Shown here one piece after another: positions 37,502-47,146 of a stretch of 64,000 nucleotides of DNA. The notes under the pieces are model-generated. The model ran no database searches and was not told where the DNA came from. It was given only the letters and a program-made list of their open reading frames with translations. Origin of the DNA: Rhodospirillales bacterium (GTDB lineage: Bacteria; Pseudomonadota; Alphaproteobacteria; Rhodospirillales; Casp-alpha2); assembly GCA_965262415.1 (NCBI GenBank), contig OZ253533.1:1131222-1195221 (forward strand), given 5' to 3'. Both the position numbers and the translations under genes were made by a program. Positions within the stretch are counted from its first letter, which is position 1; each line of letters opens with the position of its first letter.

Positions 37502-39340
37502 ATGGACCTCCGGCGCTGGCAGCAGACGATCATCGACGACTTTCCGTCCATCCTGGCGAGCTACAAACGGTTCATCCTGAAGGCCCCCACCGGCGCCGGT
37601 AAAACGGTTCTGGCCCGCGAGATCATCGATCGTTTTTATGACGGAAAGAAGGTCCTGGTGCTGTGTCACCGGCTGGTATTGCTGGACCAGCTGCAGTCGG
37701 CGCTGCTCAAGGGGCGTCGGGTCAGGACGCTGAAGGTCTCGGACAAGGGGGAAGCGTTCACGGACTACGACATCCTGCTGTCGACGAGCATGCGCGCGCG
37801 CGAGGTTCTCGAAGACGCAATTCCCAAGGCGGACCTGATCATCGTCGACGAGGCGCACCGGGTTTCGCCGAATGGCCGTGGGTACCGGCGCATCATCGAA
37901 ATGTTCCGCGACCAGGGGAAGCCGGATGCCCATTTCATGGGCTTGACGGCGTCCCCCGAACGGCGCACCGGTGATCAGCGCGACCAGCTGAACCTCGCGT
38001 TCGATGCCATTATCGACTGCGCCGATATTCAGGATCTGATCGACGAGGGCATCCTGGTCAGGCCGCGCTACCGGCCGCATTTCGTGCACGACCTTGACCT
38101 GGATGACATCGATGTCAGTTCGGGAGAATTCCCGGTATCCCAGTTGACCGACGAAATCATCAAGTCGTCGATGCTCGACTATGCCACCCATGCCTATCTG
38201 GAGGAGCGCGCGGCGCTTGACGCAGCGCCGATATCGGCATGGTTCTGTCCCGACATACGGGTCGCGGAAATCACCGAGGAACGGCTTCGCGAGATCGGCA
38301 TCAGCGCGGCGATCATCACGGCCGGCACCCCGCTCCGCGAACGCCGGCGCATCCTTGCCGCGCATGACAAGGGAGATATCGAGGCACTCGTCTCGGTCGG
38401 CGTCCTGACCGAAGGATGGGACAACCCCGAGTGCAACATCATCGTGCACATGCGCCCGACACTGTCGAAGGTGTTGTGGGGACAGTCCGTGGGCCGCGGG
38501 CTCCGTTCCTCGCCCGGGAAAAAGGAATGCGTCGTCATCGACGTCAGTTCCAACTGGGCCACGTTCGGCCCGGTGGAGAAATTGAAGTGGATGCTGTGGA
38601 GCCCGCCCCGCTCGTACCTCCAGTTTCAAAACCGCTTCAACTGGATCGGTCAGCAGCAGGATGATGAAGAGCACCCGGAGACCTACCTTCTCTGCAAGAA
38701 CGATATCTCCAAAGGGCGCCCGTGTTCCCATATTTACCGCAAGGGCGACGTCGACGGCGATGCCTGCCCCGTCTGCGGCACGTATTCGGCCATCGATATC
38801 TATAAGGAACGCCGGCTCGACCTTACGTTCAACGACAACAAACTGCATCGGATTTTCTTCTCGCGCGTGCCCGAGATTTACGACGGCCTGAACGTATCGG
38901 TGTGGAACAGCCTCGCCGACAGCGCCTGGCGGACCGCCAATGAAAAGGAGATCGCCTACCTGCTGTTCTGCGAGGCGTTCGTCCGTTCGTCCGCTGAAAG
39001 CGCAGAAAGCGAAAGCCAGTACTGGGAAGAGACACTCCGGACGGAGGCAGAGGTGCGCCGCGAGCTCATTTTGAACGGCCGCGACGTGGCGCGGCAGATG
39101 GAGTTCAATCTGGGCTGGATTGCCGATGGTCTGGATACGCGCCGCGAAGTGCGCACCCTGCAGGCGAACTACGGTGCCGCGATCGTCGGCCCCGTGCTGA
39201 ACGAACTGGACCGCGGCGACAGCGAAACCAAGTACCAGCGCGCGATCAAGATCACCGAGCGCATCGTGACGCTCGGGTGCTCGAAAGAGGATGACCTGCC
39301 CTACTTCAAGGGCAGCGACGTCGAGGATATCGGGATTTAA
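37502..39340 (+). CDS. SF2 DEAH-box helicase with internal zinc ribbon (RadD-like architecture)
   Basis: Motif I APTGAGKT, motif II DEAH, motif III TASP, motif VI QSVGRGLR. This is followed by C...C...CPVC and a roughly 170-aa C-terminal domain. Confidence 0.85.
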   Translation: MDLRRWQQTIIDDFPSILASYKRFILKAPTGAGKTVLAREIIDRFYDGKKVLVLCHRLVLLDQLQSALLKGRRVRTLKVSDKGEAFTDYDILLSTSMRAREVLEDAIPKADLIIVDEAHRVSPNGRGYRRIIEMFRDQGKPDAHFMGLTASPERRTGDQRDQLNLAFDAIIDCADIQDLIDEGILVRPRYRPHFVHDLDLDDIDVSSGEFPVSQLTDEIIKSSMLDYATHAYLEERAALDAAPISAWFCPDIRVAEITEERLREIGISAAIITAGTPLRERRRILAAHDKGDIEALVSVGVLTEGWDNPECNIIVHMRPTLSKVLWGQSVGRGLRSSPGKKECVVIDVSSNWATFGPVEKLKWMLWSPPRSYLQFQNRFNWIGQQQDDEEHPETYLLCKNDISKGRPCSHIYRKGDVDGDACPVCGTYSAIDIYKERRLDLTFNDNKLHRIFFSRVPEIYDGLNVSVWNSLADSAWRTANEKEIAYLLFCEAFVRSSAESAESESQYWEETLRTEAEVRRELILNGRDVARQMEFNLGWIADGLDTRREVRTLQANYGAAIVGPVLNELDRGDSETKYQRAIKITERIVTLGCSKEDDLPYFKGSDVEDIGI

Positions 39341-39470
39341 AAATGCTGCGCTATTGTTTCCCGGCCACGGCGCCGGGACCTATTCAGATGTGTCGGCTAA
39401 TCACGCCATGGGTCTCGGGTCGGACCTTCGGCCCTTCCGGGCATTAGAGATATTTAAGCACATTCGATTT

Positions 39471-39542
39471 CGTCATTCCCGCGCAGGCGGGAATCCACAG
39501 GCTCGAGGGATGGTTTGGATCCCCGCCTTCGCGAGGATGACG
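39471..39542. repeat. Intergenic palindromic repeat, family C, copy 2
   Basis: cgtcattcccgcgcaggcgggaatcc ... ggatccccgccttcgcgaggatgacg. Confidence 0.75.
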
Positions 39543-39551
39543 CGTTAAGCG

Positions 39552-40007
39552 TTACCCGCCGGCGCGGGACAGGTTCTCCGTCCACACATGCTCCAGCGAC
39601 TTGAGCGCCTCGCAGACCGTTTCCGTATCGGAAATGCCTGAGAGCGCGTCGCGGTACTGCGCCGCATGCGCCTCTTCACCCGCACGCACGGCGGCAACGG
39701 CCTTTTTCGCTTTCTCCGTCGGGATCACGGTGACCGAGCGCCGGTCGTGCTTGGTCGGCTTTTGCTTGAGGTAACCGAGTTCGGTCAGCTTGCGCAGGTT
39801 GTAGGACACGTTGGAGCCGAGATAGTAGCCGCGCTCGACCAGGTCGCGCACGGCAATCTCGCCCTCGCCGACGTTGGCCAGCAGCAAGGCCTGCACGCCG
39901 TTCAGATCATGGATGTCGGCGCGGGTCAGTTCGGCGCGCACCACGTCCAGAAGGCGGCGGTGAAGTCGTTCGACCAGATGGGTCAATTCACGGTATGCGA
40001 TGCTCAA
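39552..40007 (-). CDS. MarR-family transcriptional regulator
   Basis: wHTH GEIAVRDLVERGYYLGSNVSYNLRKLTELGYL ... HDRRSV. Start set at TTG 40007 (GAGGAG 9 nt upstream). The longer ORF to 40436 runs antisense into the FAH gene. Confidence 0.72.
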   Translation of the reverse strand: MSIAYRELTHLVERLHRRLLDVVRAELTRADIHDLNGVQALLLANVGEGEIAVRDLVERGYYLGSNVSYNLRKLTELGYLKQKPTKHDRRSVTVIPTEKAKKAVAAVRAGEEAHAAQYRDALSGISDTETVCEALKSLEHVWTENLSRAGG

Positions 40008-40187
40008 GGCACGTATCTCCTCACAGTTTTCCCGTGAGTACGTTGAAAACCTTGAAATGCATATGATTTTCATCACATTGAAGAAAAGTTTTATCGAACG
40101 CGACGCGCCCCTGCGCGCGATATACTGGACGCGCCCATTCGGGCGACCTACCCTGAAAAAAACAAGACCTCGGAGTGGTGAGACATC

Positions 40188-41030
40188 ATGAAATTCGTTC
40201 GTTTCGGCAACCCCGGCGCCGAGAAGCCGGGCATGATCGATAGTGCGGGACACATTCGCGACCTGTCGGATCAGGTCGATGACCTGGCGGGCGCATCGCT
40301 CGCCCCCGACCGGCTGGCCAGGCTGGCCAAGCTCGATCCGGAAAGCCTGCCGAAGGTCTCGAACGATGTCCGCATCGGTGCGCCGGTCGGCGATATCCGT
40401 CAGGTCGTCTGCATCGGCCTCAACTACACCGATCACGCCGCCGAGCTGAACATGCCGCTACCGTCCGAGCCGGTGATCTTCCTCAAATCGCCCTACGCCG
40501 TCACCGGGCCGTTCGACGATATCGCCATCCCGCCGGGTTCGACCAAGACCGACTGGGAGATCGAACTCACCATCGTCATCGGCAAGCAGGCCGAGAACGT
40601 GGCCCGTTCCGAGGCCATGAAGTACATCGCCGGCTTCACCATCATGAACGACGTCTCGGAACGCGCCTGGCAGCTCGAAGGCACCGGACAGTGGACCAAG
40701 GGCAAGAGTTACAAGGGCTTCGCCCCGCTGGGTCCGTGGCTGGTGACACCCGACGATATTTCCGACGTGCAGAACCTGCACATGTGGCTCGATGTCTCGG
40801 GCGAACGCATGCAGGACGGCAACACCAAGACCATGATCTTCGACGTCGGCCACATGGTGGCGTTCGTCTCCGAGCGCATCACCCTGATGCCGGGCGACAT
40901 CATCGCCACCGGCACGCCGCCCGGCGTCGGTTCCGGGCGCAAGCCGCAGCGTTACCTGAAACCGGGTGAAAGCCTGAATTTCGGTATCGAGGAACTGGGC
41001 GAGCAGCGCCATACGATGACGGGTGGCTGA
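40188..41030 (+). CDS. Fumarylacetoacetate hydrolase (FAH)-family protein
   Basis: VVCIGLNYTDHAAE ... DWEIELTIVIGK ... GDIIATGTPPGVG motifs. Confidence 0.88.
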   Translation: MKFVRFGNPGAEKPGMIDSAGHIRDLSDQVDDLAGASLAPDRLARLAKLDPESLPKVSNDVRIGAPVGDIRQVVCIGLNYTDHAAELNMPLPSEPVIFLKSPYAVTGPFDDIAIPPGSTKTDWEIELTIVIGKQAENVARSEAMKYIAGFTIMNDVSERAWQLEGTGQWTKGKSYKGFAPLGPWLVTPDDISDVQNLHMWLDVSGERMQDGNTKTMIFDVGHMVAFVSERITLMPGDIIATGTPPGVGSGRKPQRYLKPGESLNFGIEELGEQRHTMTGG

Positions 41031-41062
41031 CCAAAGGTCAGACGGTTGGCGGCTGACCTCGT

Positions 41063-41851
41063 CTAGCTGACGCCTATCCCGTAGCGGCTGGCCCACGATA
41101 GTCCCGCCTCGGTGCCGTCCGCGGGCGTGTATTCGCAGCCGATGGCGCCCGTGTAGCCCAGCATGTCGCAGAGCTCGATGAAGCCGCCCATGTCGTAGCA
41201 CCCGTCCGCGATGGGCTCGTGTCGTCCCGGAAAACCGGCGATCTGAATATGCCGGATCAGGTCAAGGTTGGCGCGAACGCCTTCCGCCGGGTCTTCGCCA
41301 TTCATCAGCGCATGATAGGCATCGTACTGCAGGCCCAGGTTAGCCTCGCCGACCATGGCGATGATGGCACGCGCCTGCGCTGTCCGCTGCAGCAGATAAC
41401 CCGGCAGATCGGTGCCGTTGATCGGCTCGATGACGATGCCGACGCCCGCCGCTTCCGCGAGGCGCGCGGCGACGCGCAAGTTTTCAGCGTAGACGTGGGT
41501 TGCGAAGTCCTGTTCGGCCTCGGGCACGATCCCGGCCATGACGTGGATCAGCGGGCAGCCGAGCTCCCGTGCATAAGAAAGCGCCAGCAGGAAACTGTCG
41601 CGAAACGCCTCTTCCCGGTCGGCCAGCGCGGCAAGCCCCCGTTCTCCTTTCTCAGTCTCCCCCGGTGGTGTGTTGATGAGCCGCATGCGGACCCCCGCTT
41701 CGTCCATCGCCCAGCGCAGGTCCGTCGCGTCCTCGCCATAGGGGAACTGATACTCGACCAGATCGAACCCGGCCCGCTTGGCCGCCGCAAAGCGCTGCAT
41801 CAGCGGCAGTTCGTTGTACAGGTACATCAGGTTGGCGCAGAGATCCGGCAT
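41063..41851 (-). CDS. Hydroxypyruvate isomerase-family TIM-barrel protein
   Basis: CANLMYLYNELPLMQRFAAAKRAGFDLVEYQFPY N-terminus, typical of Hyi/OtnI-like enzymes. Confidence 0.85.
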   Translation of the reverse strand: MPDLCANLMYLYNELPLMQRFAAAKRAGFDLVEYQFPYGEDATDLRWAMDEAGVRMRLINTPPGETEKGERGLAALADREEAFRDSFLLALSYARELGCPLIHVMAGIVPEAEQDFATHVYAENLRVAARLAEAAGVGIVIEPINGTDLPGYLLQRTAQARAIIAMVGEANLGLQYDAYHALMNGEDPAEGVRANLDLIRHIQIAGFPGRHEPIADGCYDMGGFIELCDMLGYTGAIGCEYTPADGTEAGLSWASRYGIGVS

Positions 41852-42819
41852 CAGACGAAACCGCGCGCGCGGATGGCATCCGCGATGTCCGCCGCGGTAT
41901 CGAGCAGCGCCGGCGTCCAGTCGAGCTGCACGCGGCCGTCGAACATGCGCGCATGTCCGCCCTGGCAGAGCGTTTCATGCAGCCGCGCATGCTTGGCCGA
42001 GATCAGTCCGGCGGGCGCCGCGATATACACTGGTTTTCCTGCCGCCACGGCTTCCGAACACATGGACACGCTCTCGCCCGTGACGATGACTGCGTCGGCC
42101 ATGCTGAGAAAGCCCGGATACGGGTTCTCGCCGCCCTGGTCCCAGTGATAGAGCCGGTGCGGTACCTTCAGTTCGTGCTGGATTGCATCCACCGCACCGC
42201 CCGTGCGGCGGCTGGTGGTGACCATCAGGCTGCCGCCGAGCGCCGCTGCAGCATCGCTCGCCGCCTGTGCCAGGGTATGGCCCATGGCGGGGGTGAACGT
42301 ATGCTTGCGGGTCGACCCGCCGATCAGCAGGGTGGTCCGGGGCTGCGGCAGATCGTCGACCTGCGCGTGCCAGTGATCGCGCGCCCGGGCAAGCGCATCC
42401 GCGCTCATGCGGTGCGGTGCGGCAGCGATTGTCATGATGTTGGGCGCCGTCTTGATGCCGCCGTCGTGCGCCGGGCGGCAGATCAGGTCGAACGCCGCAT
42501 CGCCGCTGCCGGGATCCATGATCTGCACGATTTTCGCGGCCTCGCCGCTTTGTTTTTTAATCCAGCGCGCGACGGGCGCCGTGCGTCGGCCCGCGGCGAT
42601 CACCAGCTTCGGCCACGGCGCGTGCAGCGATACTTTGGAAGACGCGTCGAGACTCGATACAGAGGCACCCAGCACCACGTTCGGCAGGCTCGCCATCATG
42701 GCGTAGCGGATTTCCATCTCGCGGAACGGCAGGCCGAGGCGCTCCGCCACACCCAGCGCCTGCGACCGGTTCCCGGCGCGGTCATCGAGCAGCACCCAGA
42801 TATCGCTGTTGTCCGTCAC
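41851..42819 (-). CDS. ELM1-family (DUF1022) protein
   Basis: IWVLLDDRAGNRSQALGVAERLGLPF, characteristic of bacterial ELM1 homologues. GTG start at 42819 overlaps the upstream stop (GTGA). The stop overlaps the hyi-like ATG. Confidence 0.75.
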   Translation of the reverse strand: MTDNSDIWVLLDDRAGNRSQALGVAERLGLPFREMEIRYAMMASLPNVVLGASVSSLDASSKVSLHAPWPKLVIAAGRRTAPVARWIKKQSGEAAKIVQIMDPGSGDAAFDLICRPAHDGGIKTAPNIMTIAAAPHRMSADALARARDHWHAQVDDLPQPRTTLLIGGSTRKHTFTPAMGHTLAQAASDAAAALGGSLMVTTSRRTGGAVDAIQHELKVPHRLYHWDQGGENPYPGFLSMADAVIVTGESVSMCSEAVAAGKPVYIAAPAGLISAKHARLHETLCQGGHARMFDGRVQLDWTPALLDTAADIADAIRARGFV

Positions 42820-44825
42820 CCGGCCGTCCCCAGCAGCTCCTTGTAATGCTGCCAGCGGCCGACGGACGTCTTGTAGACCGGTTTGCGTACCTGCCAGTTC
42901 GACGCCGTCAGCACCGTGCCTGCGGCCTCGTGCGGCCGCGTCACTGCGTCGTCCCACTCAAGACCGCAGAATTCCAGCAGTTTCCGGGCTTCGGCTTCGG
43001 GGTTTTCGACCATGTCCTCATACGCGACCTCGTGGATGCCGATCGCGAGAGCATCCTTCCAGTGTGTCATGATGCGTGCTTCCGCGGTGGCATAGCGGCG
43101 GATGTCGTCGAGCCGCGTCGTCCAGTCGAGCCCGCCCGCCTTGAAGTTCTGGAAGTAGTTGGAGAGCACCACGTCGTCGGGACCCCTGCGGCAGTGCACG
43201 ATCTTTGCCTTGGGGAACAGCACCTGGATCAGGCCGAGAAAGAACACGTTCTGCGGCGTCTTGTCAGTCACCCGGCGTCCGTCTCGGGGCGCCACCGGCA
43301 ATCGCGCGAGATAGGTATCGGCCAGCAAACGGGCCGCCGCCGCGTCCATATGCGGTACATCGCCCGGGTAGTCGTCCAGCAGGCCGCTCAGGATATCCAC
43401 CTCACCCGCACCCGTCACCGCAGGGTGCGCCGCCAGTGTCTGTTCGACCAGCGTCGTGCCGGACCGCGGCATGCCGCAGACGAAAATCATCTCGGCTTCG
43501 GCATCGCCGATCGATTCCAGCGCCGATAGAGATTCTCCGGACAAAACACTGATAACATTATTTATTTCGTCATCAAAGGCGTCAGCGTCAAAAGCGGTTT
43601 CGGCCTTCTCGGCTTGCTTGCGGCGGCGCTCGTTTCCCTGCCGGTAGGCATCCGCCGCAGCCGCGTAATCGCCCTTCGCATCCTCCGCGCCGCCAAGCGC
43701 GAACAGGAACGCGATGCGGTCCTCCTCGGCAAGCCGCGAGTCCCTGGCCCGTTCGCGCAGCACCTTGAGGTCGTCGTCGTCGATGTCCGTCCCCCTGGCG
43801 TCGGCGATGTTCATCCATGCCTCGCCCAGCGACGGGCGAATCTCGACGGCGCGGCGGAACCGTCGCTCGGCGTCGGCGACACGGCCCTGCGCCAGGAGCA
43901 CGACGCCGAGGCCCATTGCCGCCTCGGCGAACTCCGGGTGGCGCTCCAGCACGTCCTGATAGGCCGCCTCGGCCCCTTCGACATCGCCCGCCTTGAACTT
44001 CGCGCCTGCCAGGTTGGCACGCGCTTCCGGATAGGCATCCCGCCTGCGGACCGCATCCTCGAACGCCTTGACCGCCCCCGGTACGTCACCCAGTTGCAGC
44101 CGCACGTTGCCGAGCGCGTTATGTGCCTCGGCGTAACCCTGATCCAGGCTGATCGCCTCCAGGCACTGCTGCTCGGCGGCAGCCAGTTCACCCAGATGCC
44201 TGAGCGCCACGGCGAGGTTGGTCTTGGCCATCACGTTCTCGGGCCGCGCCTGCACGGCGGCGGCGAAGCTTTCCGCCGCGGACACGTAATCGCCGGCGCG
44301 GAACCAGAGATTGCCGAGCGAAATCAGCGCATCCGGGTAGCCGGGCCTGAGGTCAATCGCTTTGCTCAGCGCTTCCCGCGCATCCGCCACCTTGCCCTGT
44401 GCTTCCAGCGCGACGCCCAGGTTGCAGTGCGCCTCGGGCATGTCCGGCATCCGTTCCAGCACGAAACGTGCCGAAGCTTCAGCCTCCATCGGCCGCCCGC
44501 AAAGGTTCATGATCGCCGCGCAGTTGGCGTGAATATTGATGTCTTCCTCGTCGAGCAGCGAAGCCTTGAGAATCGCATCGCCGGCTTCGGTGATGCGCCC
44601 CGCGTTCAGGTCGATCATCGCCGTCAGAAACCATGCCCGCGTGTTCTTCGGGTCCAGCGCCTGCGCTTCCTTCAGAGACGACAGGGCGCCGGCGACATCG
44701 CCCGTGTCGAGCTTTTTCTCCGCCGCGCGAACACGCGCTTTGGCGGTGTTCACGGCCTTTGCGTCCGACGGCTCTGCGCCGCCGGTACCAAGGCTTTCCT
44801 GTCGGCGTCGTTCGTGACGGTTCAT
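42816..44825 (-). CDS. TPR-repeat protein with C-terminal sulfotransferase domain
   Basis: About 10 TPR units, then a PAPS-binding 5'-PSB motif FVCGMPRSGTTLVEQTL and RRGPDDVVLSNY. Confidence 0.85.
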   Translation of the reverse strand: MNRHERRRQESLGTGGAEPSDAKAVNTAKARVRAAEKKLDTGDVAGALSSLKEAQALDPKNTRAWFLTAMIDLNAGRITEAGDAILKASLLDEEDINIHANCAAIMNLCGRPMEAEASARFVLERMPDMPEAHCNLGVALEAQGKVADAREALSKAIDLRPGYPDALISLGNLWFRAGDYVSAAESFAAAVQARPENVMAKTNLAVALRHLGELAAAEQQCLEAISLDQGYAEAHNALGNVRLQLGDVPGAVKAFEDAVRRRDAYPEARANLAGAKFKAGDVEGAEAAYQDVLERHPEFAEAAMGLGVVLLAQGRVADAERRFRRAVEIRPSLGEAWMNIADARGTDIDDDDLKVLRERARDSRLAEEDRIAFLFALGGAEDAKGDYAAAADAYRQGNERRRKQAEKAETAFDADAFDDEINNVISVLSGESLSALESIGDAEAEMIFVCGMPRSGTTLVEQTLAAHPAVTGAGEVDILSGLLDDYPGDVPHMDAAAARLLADTYLARLPVAPRDGRRVTDKTPQNVFFLGLIQVLFPKAKIVHCRRGPDDVVLSNYFQNFKAGGLDWTTRLDDIRRYATAEARIMTHWKDALAIGIHEVAYEDMVENPEAEARKLLEFCGLEWDDAVTRPHEAAGTVLTASNWQVRKPVYKTSVGRWQHYKELLGTAG

Positions 44826-44952
44826 CGTTTACTCCCGGTCTGATAAGTGGGATGGCGTGACGCCACAGACAAGTCAACGCCAGATTGTCTTATCGGGCTG
44901 AAGCGCTTAAAACCGGTGCACCGACATCTCGACCCCAAGGAACGGAAAAAGC

Positions 44953-45639
44953 ATGTCTGACACAGCAATCAAAACCACCGCACGCGGCATGGAAACGGCG
45001 CGTCTTCTGCTCGATATCAAGGCCGTTAACTTCCGTCCGCAGGAACCCTACATGCTGACGGCGGGCTGGGCGAGCCCGGTCTACATCGATTGCCGCTGGG
45101 TGATCTCGTTCCTCGACGCACGCCGTCGCATCATCGAGATGGGCGCCGAGATGCTGTCCGATGGCATCGACATGTCCGCGGTCGATTTCATGGCCGGCGG
45201 CGAGACGGCGGGTATCCCCTATTCGTCGTGGCTGTCGGAAAGCCTCTCCAAGCCGATGCTCTATGTCCGCAAGAAACCCAAGGGCTTCGGCCGCGGCGCG
45301 CAGATCGAAGGCTCCATGCCCGAGGGTGCGAAGGTGATCCTGGTCGAAGACCTGGCGACCGACGGCGGCTCCAAGGTGAACTTCGTCAATGCCCTTCGCG
45401 ACGCGGGCGCCACGGTCGAGGATATCTTCGTGGTCTTTTTCTATGGTGCTTTCCCGGGTGCCGAGGAAACCTTCGACAATATGGGCGTCAGGCTGCACTA
45501 CCTGGCGACGTGGCAGGACGTACTGGCGGAAGCCACCAACGGCGGCGATTTCCCGCAGGAGACCTTGGACGGCGTGCGCGCATTCCTTGAAGACCCGATC
45601 AAGTGGTCGGCCGACCACGGCGGGCGGGATACGCTTTAA
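44953..45639 (+). CDS. pyrE: Orotate phosphoribosyltransferase
   Basis: PRPP motif VILVEDLATDGGSK and LLLDIKAVNFRPQEPYMLTAGWASPVYID. Confidence 0.92.
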   Translation: MSDTAIKTTARGMETARLLLDIKAVNFRPQEPYMLTAGWASPVYIDCRWVISFLDARRRIIEMGAEMLSDGIDMSAVDFMAGGETAGIPYSSWLSESLSKPMLYVRKKPKGFGRGAQIEGSMPEGAKVILVEDLATDGGSKVNFVNALRDAGATVEDIFVVFFYGAFPGAEETFDNMGVRLHYLATWQDVLAEATNGGDFPQETLDGVRAFLEDPIKWSADHGGRDTL

Positions 45640-45668
45640 ACTCCCCTCCCCCTCCAAAGGATGAGGGG

Positions 45669-46478
45669 TTATTCCAGACCCTCGATGAACGCGATCACAG
45701 CCTGACCGGCGCCGTGATCGAACAGATCGGTGTGGCCGCCGCCGTCGATCCAGAGCGCTTTCTTGGGCTCTTTCGCTTGGGCAAACAGGGCGCGGCCGTG
45801 CGGCTGGCCGATGACGCGGTCGGCGTCGCCATGGACGATGAACAGCGGCGCATCGATGGCGGCGATCTTGGCGATGTTTTCGTACTTGTCCTTCACAAGC
45901 AGCCGGGCCGGTACATAGAAATACCGGTCCTGGGCAGCAGCGCCCATGGATGAAAACGGCGCTTCGAGTGCCAACGCCTTCACCGACGTGCCGGCGCGCG
46001 CCAGTTCGAACGCCATCTGCGTGGCGATCCCCGATCCGAGGGATTCGCCGTAAAGAACGAGCCGCGCCGGTGCGATGCCCTCGCGGGTCAGCGCTGCGAT
46101 CACGGCACGGGCATCTTCGTAAAGCCCCTCTTCCGTCGGGCTTCCGCCATTGCCGCCGAAGCCGCGGTAACCGGCAAGCCAGACGCCGTATCCGGCGTCG
46201 TGCCAGGGGGCAGCCTTGAAATCGCGGTCCGCGATGGTACCGGCGTTGCCGTGAAAGAACACGATGACCGGCTTGCCGTCGCGAGGCGGCAGATACCAGG
46301 ACCTGACCTCGATCCCGGGCGCGCTTTCGACGAACCGTTCCTCGGCATGCGGCACCAGCGATTGCTGAACAGGCACGGGCGGCGAATGCGTGTGGTACAT
46401 CAGGTTGCGCTGAAACACGAACAGCGAGATCACCATCAGCACGTACACACCCACACCCGCCAGAATGACTTGAAGCAT
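45669..46478 (-). CDS. Alpha/beta hydrolase (membrane-anchored)
   Basis: N-terminal TM helix, HGNAG oxyanion motif, nucleophile elbow GESLGSG, and GDADRV/GGH. Start at MLQVIL. Confidence 0.82.
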   Translation of the reverse strand: MLQVILAGVGVYVLMVISLFVFQRNLMYHTHSPPVPVQQSLVPHAEERFVESAPGIEVRSWYLPPRDGKPVIVFFHGNAGTIADRDFKAAPWHDAGYGVWLAGYRGFGGNGGSPTEEGLYEDARAVIAALTREGIAPARLVLYGESLGSGIATQMAFELARAGTSVKALALEAPFSSMGAAAQDRYFYVPARLLVKDKYENIAKIAAIDAPLFIVHGDADRVIGQPHGRALFAQAKEPKKALWIDGGGHTDLFDHGAGQAVIAFIEGLE

Positions 46479-46504
46479 CTTGCGATCCGTCCGGCGTCGG
46501 GCCG

Positions 46505-47014
46505 TCAGCGTTGCGGCTGAGGACTGTTGAACAGGTAGGTCGGGTACGGCTGGCTTTTTGCCGTCGTCGATACGTCCGCCGCGCCGATCGTGCCAAAAGT
46601 CCGGCCGAGACCCGCTGGCTGCGGTGCTTCGAAAAGGGGTGCTGCGGAGGCTCCAGAGTCTGCCGAAGCCGGCCCCGTCGCCGGTCGCCTGTCGCCGGTT
46701 ACAGCGTCCGTACAGATGAAGATCGCCGCATTCGGCGTCATTAACGGGCAGGCACTGAGGGTCTGCTCCTTGAACGTCGCGTTCAGGTTGCCTCGGGCAC
46801 ACTCCTCGTATGCCAGCGCCCTGATCTCCGCGGGCGTCGCGCCCGACTTCTTGTAACAGACCGTCACCACCGTACCGGCAGTCACCGGCGGACCTTCGGG
46901 GAAGGTCGCGAGTTCCCGATTGATCTCGTACGGCCGGTCAACGTAAGGGGGTGCGTCGCTGCAGGCGGCGACGCCCAGAAGTACAAGACCCAGTAACGGC
47001 AGCTTGATGTCCAT
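46505..47014 (-). CDS. Hypothetical lipoprotein
   Basis: Lipobox LLGVAAC. No other motif. Confidence 0.6.
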   Translation of the reverse strand: MDIKLPLLGLVLLGVAACSDAPPYVDRPYEINRELATFPEGPPVTAGTVVTVCYKKSGATPAEIRALAYEECARGNLNATFKEQTLSACPLMTPNAAIFICTDAVTGDRRPATGPASADSGASAAPLFEAPQPAGLGRTFGTIGAADVSTTAKSQPYPTYLFNSPQPQR

Positions 47015-47146
47015 CCCCCTCTATACCGTGCGCACCCGGATCAGACAACAAATGCGCGCGTCCGGAAATTTGCATGCGCGGTGCTCCAAAACCGTGCGTT
47101 TCCCGTATCTTACCTTTAAAGTCCCCATCCCGGCAGGAGAACCAGA

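Noticed and set aside
37478-38848. 456-aa minus-strand ORF
   Set aside because: Antisense to the helicase, whose motifs I, II, III and VI are all in the plus frame.
44890-46596. 568-aa minus-strand ORF spanning pyrE and the hydrolase
   Set aside because: It overlaps pyrE in antisense. It merges with a wrong frame of the alpha/beta-hydrolase region. The real genes account for the sequence.
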